Below the pieces are notes generated by a model. That model saw only the letters and a list, made by a program, of their open reading frames with translations. It was not told where the DNA came from and did not search any database. From Deltaproteobacteria bacterium (lineage in GTDB: Bacteria > Myxococcota_A > UBA9160 > UBA6930): a stretch of 64,000 nt of DNA. Shown in pieces: positions 37,864-46,477 of this stretch (its first letter is position 1; each line of letters opens with the position of its first letter). Location: contig JAFDCZ010000012.1 in NCBI GenBank assembly GCA_019312665.1, forward strand, positions 6,615 to 70,614. Direction: 5' to 3'. A program made the position numbers and the translations under genes.

Positions 37864-38328
37864 ATGGCCGTACGCATCATTCCGGACATTCCCTCTCTCA
37901 AAGCCCTCGTCGGCACCGAAATCGGCGTTTCGGATTGGATCGAAATCACCCAGGAGCGGATCGACCTGTTCGCCAAAGCGACCGGCGACTGCCAGTGGAT
38001 TCATACCGACCCGGATCGCGCTAAACGCGAGTCTCCGTTCGGGACGACGATCGCCCACGGCCATCTCACGGCGTCACTTGCCCCGCATCTGCTCTCGCAG
38101 ATCATGGAGGTGAGGGGTGCGCGCCTGCTCGTCAACCCGGGGATCGAAAAGATGCGCTTTCGCTCGCCCGTGCCGGTCGGCTCCCGACTGCGCATGCGCG
38201 CCACGCTGAAGGCGCTGCGCGAACTCCCGGGTGGTGCGCAGCGAGCAATATTCGGGATGCGTTTCGAGGTCGAGGGCGAGAAACGGCCTGCGGCCTTCGG
38301 CAACGCCCTGCTCGTGTACTACCCCTAA
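37864..38328 (+). CDS. MaoC-family dehydratase (R-specific enoyl-CoA hydratase hot-dog fold)
   Basis: The product has FAKATGDCQWIHTD...FGTTIAHG hydratase-2-like motifs and is 154 aa. Confidence 0.8.
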   Translation: MAVRIIPDIPSLKALVGTEIGVSDWIEITQERIDLFAKATGDCQWIHTDPDRAKRESPFGTTIAHGHLTASLAPHLLSQIMEVRGARLLVNPGIEKMRFRSPVPVGSRLRMRATLKALRELPGGAQRAIFGMRFEVEGEKRPAAFGNALLVYYP

Positions 38329-38353
38329 GGTTGTGCCCGCGAAAATCCTGCTG
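38329..38353. repeat. IS1-family left terminal inverted repeat
   Basis: The sequence is GGTTGTGCCCGCGAAAATCCTGCTG. Confidence 0.85.
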
Positions 38354-38367
38354 GCACAGGACTGGCA

Positions 38368-39477
38368 GTGCGATGGCGTATGTCCTCGCCCAAGCAAGCC
38401 TTTCAGCCCCCGCACTGCCCCAACCCGAGCTGTGAATACCACCGGAATCCAACGGGTTGGGCCTACAAACGCGATGGATTCCACTTCCGCCGCTTCGATA
38501 GGCGCCGCATCCAGCGGTACCTCTGTTCACACTGCGGCCGGTCCTTCAGTACTCAGACCTTCTCCACCACCTACTGGCTGAAGCGCCCCGACCTCCTTCT
38601 CCCCCTGCTGAAGACCAGTCTGGCCTGCGCGGGCCTGCGCCAGATGGCGCGCATCTACGGCGTCTCGCCCTCCACGGTGGCACTTCAACTCAGCCGCTCC
38701 GGTCGTCACTGCCTGGCCTACCACGAACACAGGCGTCCTCGTACTGCACCCAAGGAAGCCCTCGTCCTCGACGGCTTCGAGACGTTCGAGTTCAGCCAGT
38801 ACTGGGTCACGCACCTGAACACGGTGGTCGGCGCGGAAAGCCACTACGTCTACGCCACGACCGTCTCCGAACTGCGCCGCAAGGGCCGCATGACACGACG
38901 CCAGAAGGAGAGGCGGAAGGAGCTCGAGGCCCGCTACGGAAGACCCCATCCTCGATCCATCGAGCAGGGCGTTTTCGACGCCCTCGATCTGGTGCTTCCC
39001 GAGGGCTCCACAGGCGTCATCCGCTCCGACGATCACCACCAGTACCCCCCAGCACTCGTCAAACTCCGAGGCAGAAAGATCCGGCACGAGATCACGTCGT
39101 CAAAGGATCCTCGGGTCCCGCAGAACCCGCTCTTCCAGGTGAACCTCTACCACCTGCTCCTCCGCCACGGCGGGGGCAATCACAAGCGCGAGACGATCGC
39201 CTTCTCGAAGCGGAACCAGGCGATGGTGTGGAGAGAGGCGATCCACCGGGTCTGGAGAAACCACGTCAAGCAGCTCTCCGAGCGGCGGGGTGGCGGGACG
39301 CCGGCGATGGTCTTGGGAATGAACGACGCACCGCTCACCTGGGAGACGATCCTGTGGGAGCGCATCTTCCCCTCACGGATCCAGCTCCCGGCGACGATGC
39401 GGAAGGCCTATTTCGGAAGGATCCCCACGCGGCAACTCCCTCGCGCTCGGGCCCATTTGCTCAGCTACGCCGCTTAG
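38368..39477 (+). CDS. IS1-family transposase, single uninterrupted ORF (InsA-like zinc finger + HTH fused to InsB-like catalytic region)
   Basis: CPNPSC...QRYLCSHCGRSFS parallels IS1 InsA (QRYLCSHCRKTW). An HTH (MARIYGVSPSTVALQL) follows. A C-terminal AFSKRNQAMV... segment parallels the InsB SFSKS region. Confidence 0.8.
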   Translation: MRWRMSSPKQAFQPPHCPNPSCEYHRNPTGWAYKRDGFHFRRFDRRRIQRYLCSHCGRSFSTQTFSTTYWLKRPDLLLPLLKTSLACAGLRQMARIYGVSPSTVALQLSRSGRHCLAYHEHRRPRTAPKEALVLDGFETFEFSQYWVTHLNTVVGAESHYVYATTVSELRRKGRMTRRQKERRKELEARYGRPHPRSIEQGVFDALDLVLPEGSTGVIRSDDHHQYPPALVKLRGRKIRHEITSSKDPRVPQNPLFQVNLYHLLLRHGGGNHKRETIAFSKRNQAMVWREAIHRVWRNHVKQLSERRGGGTPAMVLGMNDAPLTWETILWERIFPSRIQLPATMRKAYFGRIPTRQLPRARAHLLSYAA

Positions 39478-39538
39478 CCTCGGACCCGGAGCCGACGTGA
39501 ACCGCAGGATGCGTCCTCCTGGTGGCAGATCTGAATCA

Positions 39539-39563
39539 CAGCAGGAATCTCGCGGGCACAACC
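39539..39563. repeat. IS1-family right terminal inverted repeat
   Basis: The sequence is CAGCAGGAATCTCGCGGGCACAACC, whose reverse complement is GGTTGTGCCCGCGAGATTCCTGCTG. Confidence 0.85.
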
Positions 39564-39579
39564 TACCCCTAAGCGGAGG

Positions 39580-40467
39580 TCAGGAAAGGAATGTCCGTAC
39601 AGCCTCGAGAAACACCTCCGGCTGGTCATGGTGGACCCAGTGGCCAGCGGATTCCACGTTGACGAGTTGGGCATCCGAGAAGTGCTCGGCACGGCCGTCC
39701 TTCTCGGGATCACTGGCCCAGCTCTCCATGCCGCGCACGAGCAGCACAGGGCAGCTGATTCGTTCCCACAAGGCGTGGAGATCCTCTGCGGGGAGGCGCA
39801 CCGGCGAGAACGCGCGAACGTAGTTGTCGAACTTCCAGCTGAAGGTGTGGTCCTCGTTCCGGGCGACACCGTGGATCGTCAAGTGACGAGCGAGATCCGG
39901 AGGCAGGAACGAATTGACCTGCTGCATGCGTTGGGCCGCCTCATCAATGGAGGCGTAGCGCCGGGGGCTGCGCGTCGCGAGCTCCTGTGCGGCGATGACC
40001 CAACGGCTGAAACGCTCGTGGACGGGAGTCTCAGCGAGGCGTTTCGCGAGATCCGGAGCTGGCCCGAGGCCTTCGATGGCCACGAGCCGCGAGACCTTTT
40101 CCGGGAAAACGCCTGTGTAGTGCAGGGCGATGGCTCCGCCTAACGAGTGCGCCACGATCGTCAGCGGTGCCAGCTCGAGCGCCTCGACCAGCTGAGCGAT
40201 ATCGAGCACGAAATCCGGCAGGCTGTAGCTGCCGCCAATGGCCCAGGCACTATCGCCATGGCCGCGCAGATCCGGCGCGATCACATGCCAATCGCGGCGC
40301 AGCTCCCGGGCGATCGGATCCCAGCTGCGGGCATGATCCTTGCCGCCGTGGATCAGGAGGAGCGGCGGAGCGCTCTCGTTGCCCCAATCGACGTAGTGGA
40401 GACGCAAGCGCTGGGAAACGTAGAAATGGGAGCTCGGCCCGATGATTTCGGTGGCGGACGGCATCAT
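39580..40467 (-). CDS. Alpha/beta-fold hydrolase
   Basis: The product has an HGGKDHARSW oxyanion region, a nucleophile elbow AHSLGG and a C-terminal GHWVHHD. Confidence 0.8.
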   Translation of the reverse strand: MMPSATEIIGPSSHFYVSQRLRLHYVDWGNESAPPLLLIHGGKDHARSWDPIARELRRDWHVIAPDLRGHGDSAWAIGGSYSLPDFVLDIAQLVEALELAPLTIVAHSLGGAIALHYTGVFPEKVSRLVAIEGLGPAPDLAKRLAETPVHERFSRWVIAAQELATRSPRRYASIDEAAQRMQQVNSFLPPDLARHLTIHGVARNEDHTFSWKFDNYVRAFSPVRLPAEDLHALWERISCPVLLVRGMESWASDPEKDGRAEHFSDAQLVNVESAGHWVHHDQPEVFLEAVRTFLS

Positions 40468-40522
40468 TCGATCCTAGCGCGTCCCGCTTGACGCCTTCTG
40501 GGTCGGCCCCGATGCTTTCGAA

Positions 40523-42151
40523 GTGAAAATCGCGATCGCCCAGATCAACCCCACCGTCGGCGACCTCCAGGGGAACCGGCGGCGGATCGAGGAAGCTGCA
40601 GAGCGAGCGAAGCGCGCTGGCGCGGAGCTTTGCGTCCTGCCCGAGCTCTGCCTGACCGGCTACCCGCCGATGGACCTGCTCGAAAGGGAGGGCTTCGTAC
40701 GGGACCAGCTGCGGGAACTCGAAATCCTCGAGGCCTGCTCGAAAGGCATCGACCTGGCCGTAGGCGCCGTACTGCCTGTGGAATCCGGCGGATCCAAGCA
40801 TCTCGCGAACGCCGCCGTGCTGCTTCGCGACGGAAAACGGGCCGCCGTTCAGGCGAAGACCTTGCTTCCGACCTACGACGTCTTCGATGAGAACCGGTAC
40901 TTCGTCTCTGCTGAAGAGCAGAAGCCGATCGGCCCGCTTGGCCTCAGCGTTTGCGAAGACGCCTGGGCCTTCGAGCTGGGTTACGGGCGCGATCCAGTCG
41001 GCAACCTGGCTGCTGCTGGGGCCAAGCTCGTGCTGAATCTATCCGCATCGCCCTGGCACGCCGGCAAGCCCGCGGAAAGGCGGCGCTTGTTTGGCGAGCT
41101 GGCGACCCGCCATCAGCTGCCGATCGTCTTCGTGAACCAGGTAGGCGGCAACGACGAGCTGATCTTCGACGGCGGCTCTTTCGTGGCGGGAAGAGACGGC
41201 CGCATCCTGGCCCAGTTGCCGCTCTTCGAAGAAGCTTTCGAGGTCGTCGACGTGCCCGGCGAAACCGCAGGCCGCCTGCCCGACGATGTGCCGGAGCCGG
41301 ATCGGGTGAGCCAGCTCGAACGCGGGCTCGTGCTCGGCATTCACGACTACTTCCGCAAGCAAGGGCTTCCGCCGGGCGCCGTGATCGGCCTCTCCGGTGG
41401 TATCGATTCGGCAGTCACCGCCCACCTTGCGGTCGAAGCGCTTGGTGCGAAGCAGGTGGTAGGCATCGCCATGCCTGGGCCATTCTCCTCGGGACATAGC
41501 GTGGACGATGCACTTGGCCTGGGAGAGCGGCTCGGCATCGACGTTCGCAAGGTGGAGATCGGCCGCATCTACGAGGCCTATCGAACAATCTTTGCCGAAC
41601 TCTTCGGTCAGAAGGAAGACTACGGCCTGGCGCAGCAGAACATCCAGTCGCGCATCCGTGGTGCCATCTTGATGGCCGTTTCGAATGCGGAGAACCGTCT
41701 CGTTCTCGCGACAGGGAACAAGAGCGAACTCTCGGTGGGTTACTGCACCCTCTACGGAGACACGGTGGGCGGTCTCGCGGTACTGGGAGACGTCTACAAA
41801 CGCGATGTCTACGCAATCGCTCGCCATGCCAACAAGAACGGCGAACGCATTCCGAACAGCACCATCGAAAAACCGCCCTCTGCCGAACTCGCACCTGACC
41901 AGCTGGATAGCGACGATCTGCCGCCCTACGACATCCTCGATGCCGTGCTCGAGCAGGCCATCGAAGGAGGGCTCGGTGCCGCCGCCGTCACGCCGCCGGC
42001 TGGGGCGACCCAAGAGGAAGCCGCGGCCATCGTGCGCCGGCTGGATCGCAACGAGTACAAACGGCGCCAGTCACCGCTCGTGCTGCGAGTCTCACCCAAG
42101 GCCTTCGGCGGCGGTCGGCGCTTGCCGATCGTCCATCGCTATCCGAGCTGA
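40523..42151 (+). CDS. nadE: Glutamine-dependent NAD+ synthetase
   Basis: An N-terminal nitrilase/CN-hydrolase domain (LPELCLTGYPP, CED) is followed by an NAD synthetase domain (SGGIDS P-loop). The product is 542 aa with a GTG start. Confidence 0.9.
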   Translation: MKIAIAQINPTVGDLQGNRRRIEEAAERAKRAGAELCVLPELCLTGYPPMDLLEREGFVRDQLRELEILEACSKGIDLAVGAVLPVESGGSKHLANAAVLLRDGKRAAVQAKTLLPTYDVFDENRYFVSAEEQKPIGPLGLSVCEDAWAFELGYGRDPVGNLAAAGAKLVLNLSASPWHAGKPAERRRLFGELATRHQLPIVFVNQVGGNDELIFDGGSFVAGRDGRILAQLPLFEEAFEVVDVPGETAGRLPDDVPEPDRVSQLERGLVLGIHDYFRKQGLPPGAVIGLSGGIDSAVTAHLAVEALGAKQVVGIAMPGPFSSGHSVDDALGLGERLGIDVRKVEIGRIYEAYRTIFAELFGQKEDYGLAQQNIQSRIRGAILMAVSNAENRLVLATGNKSELSVGYCTLYGDTVGGLAVLGDVYKRDVYAIARHANKNGERIPNSTIEKPPSAELAPDQLDSDDLPPYDILDAVLEQAIEGGLGAAAVTPPAGATQEEAAAIVRRLDRNEYKRRQSPLVLRVSPKAFGGGRRLPIVHRYPS

Positions 42152-42168
42152 GGAAGAAGCCGTAGTGG

Positions 42169-42693
42169 CTAGGCGGCGGTTTCCGGAGAAACGCCGCGGA
42201 CGTGCTCGGCTCGGGCGCCGCGGGGACCTTCCTGGATGACGTACTCGACGATATCTCCCTCGGAGATGTTGTCGTACTCGGTCCCGTTCATCCCGGAGCG
42301 GTGAAAGAAGACTTCTTTCCCATCTTCGCCGCGAATGAAGCCGAAGCCCCGATCGCGCACCATCTTCTTGATCTTGCCCTTCGATTTGGGGCCCGTCGGA
42401 GCGGCCGGCGTCTGCGGCCCAGTGCGGCGGCTTCGGCCTCGGCTGCGCCCTCGACGCGGCGTGCGGTACTGCTCGCCAACGTGGAATTCCTTGACGAAGA
42501 GGTCCGCGGGTACGGTGAGAGGCTCGTGGCCCTCGGTCTGGGCTTCGAGCAGTACCTCTTCGTCTTCCACCGCCACGACGGCGTAGCGAAGGCCCGTATT
42601 CTTGTGGGTGCATTGGGCACCCGCTTCGATCTCGTCCAGCGACAGCATGACGGGAACCTCGGGGGTGGAAGGGGGAAAGGCTTTGCCGAGCAA
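42169..42693 (-). CDS. Cold-shock-domain protein with N-terminal extension and Arg/Gly-rich linker
   Basis: The C-terminus has RGFGFIRGEDGKEVFFH (RNP1/RNP2-like CSD motifs). An upstream RRGRSRGRSRR linker and an unassigned N-terminal domain of about 70 aa precede it. Confidence 0.6.
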   Translation of the reverse strand: MLGKAFPPSTPEVPVMLSLDEIEAGAQCTHKNTGLRYAVVAVEDEEVLLEAQTEGHEPLTVPADLFVKEFHVGEQYRTPRRGRSRGRSRRTGPQTPAAPTGPKSKGKIKKMVRDRGFGFIRGEDGKEVFFHRSGMNGTEYDNISEGDIVEYVIQEGPRGARAEHVRGVSPETAA

Positions 42694-42833
42694 GCGCGGG
42701 AACGCTGCGGGCGCCGCTGCCGGCTCGGCCGAAGCCGGGGCATCGGAAGCCGCGGACGTTAGGAGATCCCCCGTGGGTGGTCAAATCGCCCCGGGGGTAA
42801 GATGAGGGGCCCCGCGAAAGCGTTGGAGATGAC

Positions 42834-44045
42834 ATGAACTTCCACAGAACATGCCCGGCAGCGTGCCTTCGAATGGGGCTGGTCCTGCTGCTGGCGCTTG
42901 GCTGCGCCTCCGAGACGACCCCGAGCGAATCCCGTGCCCCTCTGAGGGTCGGAACCAGCGGCGACTATGCGCCCTTCAGCCTGGAGGCCGCGGATGGATC
43001 CCTCGCTGGTCTGGATGTGGCGCTTGCCCGGGCCTTTGCTGAGGATCGCGGCCTTCGGCTCGAGCTGGTTCGGTTTCGCTGGCCCGAACTCCAAGCCGAT
43101 CTCGAGGCGGGGCGCTTCGACCTGGCCTGGAGCGGTGTCACCATCCGGCCCGAGCGATCCTTGCGGGGCCGCTTCAGCGTCCCGTATCTGGAGAGCGGAG
43201 CTGTGGCATTGGTTCTCGCCGGCGCCTCGGCCCGTCGCGCTGAAGACCTCGACCGGCCCGGACGGCTCATCGCCGTCAACCTCGGCGGGCACCTGGAACG
43301 TGTGGCCCGGGCCCGCTTTCGGCTCGCCAGCGTTTCTCCGGTGGATGGGAACAGCAACGTGCTGGCGGAGCTGCTGGAGCATCGCGCCGACGCCGTCATC
43401 ACGGACACGCTCGAAGCAGCTCATTGGATCGCAGCCAGCGACACCCCGTTGCGCATCTTGGGTCCATTCACCCGCGACTACAAGGCTGTCTGGCTGCGTG
43501 CCGACAAGCCGGAACTGGCCCGCGATCTGGACCGTTGGCTGATTGCCCGCGAGGCGGATGGAACGCTCGCACGGATGCGAGGCGAGGCGGGCATCGCCCG
43601 CGCGCGCGGCTCCGCGACGCCGGCGGCGGCCCTCGAAGCCGCGCTGATCGAGCGGCTCTCCCTGATTCCCTTCGTAGCGGAAGCCAAGCGACGAAGCGGT
43701 GGCCCGGTGGAGGTTCCAGACAGGGAGCGGATCGTGATCGAGGCAGGCGAACGCGCAGCCCGCCTTGCAGCGGCGGAGGCAGGCGCACCCCCCCTCGATG
43801 AGGCCGGCGTCTCCTCCTTCTACCGCGCGCAGATCGAGGCATCGAAAGCATTGCAGCACGAGATCCTCGCAGGGCCAGCGGCAGCCGGTGAGCCGCCGGA
43901 CCTGGCCAAGGAGGTTCGCCCAGCGCTACTGCGTGTGGGCGAGAAGATCGCCTGGCTGCTGGTGCGTGCGGGCCTTCCCGCGGATCCCTGGCGATCAACC
44001 GCCGCGGGCGAGCAGCCGCGTGATGAGCCCGGCCAACACCGGTAG
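42834..44045 (+). CDS. Lipoprotein fusion: cyclohexadienyl-dehydratase-like solute-binding fold (PheC-like) + AroQ-type chorismate mutase
   Basis: The product has a lipobox (LLALGCAS). GTSGDYAPFS...DLAWSGVTI...FSVPY matches PheC/SBP_bac_3. The C-terminus ERLSLIPFVAEAKRR...DRERIVIE...FYRAQIEASKALQ is AroQ-like. Confidence 0.65.
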   Translation: MNFHRTCPAACLRMGLVLLLALGCASETTPSESRAPLRVGTSGDYAPFSLEAADGSLAGLDVALARAFAEDRGLRLELVRFRWPELQADLEAGRFDLAWSGVTIRPERSLRGRFSVPYLESGAVALVLAGASARRAEDLDRPGRLIAVNLGGHLERVARARFRLASVSPVDGNSNVLAELLEHRADAVITDTLEAAHWIAASDTPLRILGPFTRDYKAVWLRADKPELARDLDRWLIAREADGTLARMRGEAGIARARGSATPAAALEAALIERLSLIPFVAEAKRRSGGPVEVPDRERIVIEAGERAARLAAAEAGAPPLDEAGVSSFYRAQIEASKALQHEILAGPAAAGEPPDLAKEVRPALLRVGEKIAWLLVRAGLPADPWRSTAAGEQPRDEPGQHR

Positions 44046-44494
44046 TGCCAGCGAAACCCCGTAGCGGACGATGGCAAAGCGGGCGCCGAGAATCGGCACC
44101 TCCCAAGCCACCAGCCGGTGCACGGCCAGAAGCGACCAGGCCGTGAGAAAAGCGACCACCGCGGCGGTGATGCGCCGGAGCGAAGCAGCACGGCGGCGAT
44201 CGGCATGGAGACGAAGGGCCCAGCCGGAGTGATGGCGCCGGCCGCCGTCGCGATCAAGATGCCTCGCAAGCCGGAATCGTGGCCGAGCGCTCCTTCGACC
44301 CACTCGTGTGGGATCAGCACCTGGGCCAACCCAGCGGCCAGGAAGGAGATGCCGATCAGCAGGCCAAAGCGCATGAGCAGGTTGGCGCCATCACCGAGCC
44401 CCTGTTGCAAGAGGGGCGAGCCGCCACGCCACCAGGCCAACCCAGCCAACACCACGAGCAGGAAGACCATGAAGGCGAGCTGGGGTTCGAGCAC
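43995..44494 (-). pseudogene. Small permease (DUF318/ArsP-like) split over two frames by an apparent 1-nt indel near 44170
   Basis: A GTG start at 44494 follows a GGAGGA Shine-Dalgarno sequence. Frame 1 reads through ...ITPAGPFVSMPIAAVLLRSGA. A different frame continues ITAAVVAFLTAWSLLAVHRL...LITRLLARGG to the stop at 43995. The span is 500 nt, which is not a multiple of 3. Confidence 0.5.
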
Positions 44495-44529
44495 AGGGCT
44501 CCTCCGTGCGGACCCGGGTGCGGCCACGA

Positions 44530-45495
44530 TCAGTAGAAGGTGCAGCGCGCGCGATGGCGCGGGCGGGCCTTGATCTCCGGGCTCTGGCCCCGGGACCAGA
44601 GCAGATTGTCGATGCGGCCCGCGTTGACCTTCCAGCCTCGGCGATGACAACTCGCCACGATCTGCTCGACGGCGTGAAGAGCGACGGCGCGGATCTCGAT
44701 TTCTGCCTCGCCACCGGGGGTGATCTCTTCCTCCCGATCGATGGTCGCCTCGAGCTCGACGTCCATGAGCAGCACCTGCAGCATCCGCAAGGTGTGGGGC
44801 ACGAGGTTGTCCGCAAAGATCGTGAGCTCGTCCAGATCCCGAAACTCCCCCAGCCCCTTGCCACGAAACGCAGCATGGAGATCGGAGCAGGTGATCTGGC
44901 CGCGCTTGTAGAAGGGCACCTCGAAACCCTCGTAGATGGAAACGTCCCGGTAGAAGGGCATCGCGGCGAGGATCTCGACCAGCGCAGCGGCGGAACCGCG
45001 CGCTGCTTCGACCGGCCCTGCGAAACGGGCGCGATGCTCCCGATGCAAGAACGCGCCGAGTTCGTTCAGGGCTTTCGCGAACAACGCCATCAGTTCGCCC
45101 GCGTCTCCTTCGTCGTCTTGCCCGAACGTCCGCGCGCAATCGGCCGCTTGCAACCCCATCAACTGGCTCGCTGTCCACGCACCTTCTTTCTCGAAGCGTT
45201 CGCGCAGACCGTGGGCAATCGTGAGGTAACCCGATTGCCCCTTGTGCTTGCGTAGATGTGGGAACCAACCAGAGCCGAAGTTGATGGCATTCAGGGTGAC
45301 GACGTAGGCGACGGTGGTATCGCGGTCGCCGAACTCCCGGCGGCCCGGATCGAGGTCGGGAACGCGCGGCCGTTCGCGGGCGAGGATCGCGGCGAGCTGC
45401 TCGAGGTTCTGGTCGTCGATGCGCACGTAGCGTGCCCGGCGCGAAACCTCTGCGCAGGCCTCTCGGAGCCGCTCGAAGAGCGGGACCCCACTCAC
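44530..45495 (-). CDS. Queuosine salvage family protein (DUF2419 / Qng1-like)
   Basis: The pattern LNAINFGSGWF...FYKRGQI...IFADNLVPHTLR is as I recall for DUF2419. Confidence 0.7.
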   Translation of the reverse strand: MSGVPLFERLREACAEVSRRARYVRIDDQNLEQLAAILARERPRVPDLDPGRREFGDRDTTVAYVVTLNAINFGSGWFPHLRKHKGQSGYLTIAHGLRERFEKEGAWTASQLMGLQAADCARTFGQDDEGDAGELMALFAKALNELGAFLHREHRARFAGPVEAARGSAAALVEILAAMPFYRDVSIYEGFEVPFYKRGQITCSDLHAAFRGKGLGEFRDLDELTIFADNLVPHTLRMLQVLLMDVELEATIDREEEITPGGEAEIEIRAVALHAVEQIVASCHRRGWKVNAGRIDNLLWSRGQSPEIKARPRHRARCTFY

Positions 45496-46430
45496 CGGTT
45501 GGTTTCCTTCACGCCTACGAGGGTGACGGCCTCGGGCAACACCTCGAAACGCACCGGGGCGCAGCCCAGCGGCTCGCCATCGATCTCGAGCAGTTGACTG
45601 CCTGGCGCGGCACTCACCAGAAGCTCACGACCCTGAAATCTGAGGACACCGGGGACTTCGATGTGCGTGCCCGCATAGAGATTGGGAAGTCGCCTGAGGA
45701 GTCGTGCTTTCGTTAGGCCAGGGATGACCACCACGTCGAGCAATCCGTCGTCGAAGCAGGCGCCCGGCGCACCGCGCATGCCGCCGCCGAAGAAGGGGCC
45801 GTTGCATGCCGTGGCGAGAACGAGATCCCCCTCGTAGATCTTCGTTCCGTCGAGCTCCAAGGTCGCGGGAGCTGGCTGGAAACGGGCCAGGGCACGCAGG
45901 GTACCGAGGAGGAAGGCGAGGGATCCGCCCATCCCCTTGCCGCTTTCGTTGACGAGTTGAACGATGAGGCCAGAAATGCCGACGGTCGCCGAATTGATGA
46001 AACTGGTGACGCGCGGCTCGCCACCGTGGTTGAGATAGTGGAGCCGACCCGCATCGATCTGCCGGGTGCGCCCGGCGGCGATGTCCGTGATCGCTTCCTC
46101 CACGTTCATGGCCAGGCCCAGCCCGCGGACCAGATCCTTTCCGGTGCCGAGCGGGAGGAAACCGATCTGGATCTCGTCGGCCAGGTCTGCAGCCAGAACC
46201 CCAGCGACCACCTCGCTCGCCGTGCCGTCTCCTCCAGCCACGAGGATGCGCTCCACGCCGGCACGGGCACCCTCGCGTGCAAGGCGCTCAGCGTCTCTGG
46301 GCCCCTGGGTCCAGTCGACTTCCAGCGGTCCGAGGGCGTCCCGCAAACGCGCCTCGAGGGCGTCGAAAATCTTGCGTGTCCGCCCGCTGCGGCTGGCCGG
46401 GTTCACGATCACGAGCGTGCGCGGCGGCAT
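45492..46430 (-). CDS. Diacylglycerol kinase-family lipid kinase (YegS/BmrU-like)
   Basis: The product has VIVNPASRSG, VAGGDGT and GTGKDL motifs. It overlaps the downstream gene by 4 nt. Confidence 0.85.
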   Translation of the reverse strand: MPPRTLVIVNPASRSGRTRKIFDALEARLRDALGPLEVDWTQGPRDAERLAREGARAGVERILVAGGDGTASEVVAGVLAADLADEIQIGFLPLGTGKDLVRGLGLAMNVEEAITDIAAGRTRQIDAGRLHYLNHGGEPRVTSFINSATVGISGLIVQLVNESGKGMGGSLAFLLGTLRALARFQPAPATLELDGTKIYEGDLVLATACNGPFFGGGMRGAPGACFDDGLLDVVVIPGLTKARLLRRLPNLYAGTHIEVPGVLRFQGRELLVSAAPGSQLLEIDGEPLGCAPVRFEVLPEAVTLVGVKETNR

Positions 46431-46477
46431 GGCATCGGTGATGCTACCCGGACCTGGGGCCCCCCGCTCTCCGCATC

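Larger units (their letters stand above)
38329..39563. mobile_element. IS1-family insertion sequence (1235 bp), apparently intact
   Basis: The 25-bp terminal IRs match at 23 of 25 positions and begin GGTTGTG (IS1-type GGnnnTG ends). They are flanked by the 9-bp direct repeat TACCCCTAA at 38320-38328 and 39564-39572. A single transposase ORF lies inside. Confidence 0.85.

Noticed and set aside
44481-44494. I considered the GGGGTTCGAGC string, and other GGTTCG occurrences, as possible tRNA T-arm signatures.
   Set aside because: The strings lie inside coding sequence and no acceptor or anticodon arms can be built around them. I found no tRNA, rRNA, tmRNA or RNase P signatures in the window.
43820-45268. 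A 482-aa minus-strand ORF.
   Set aside because: It is a chimera. Its downstream third is the first frame of the frameshifted permease. The remainder is an out-of-frame reading over the queuosine-salvage gene, so only the permease part is credible.
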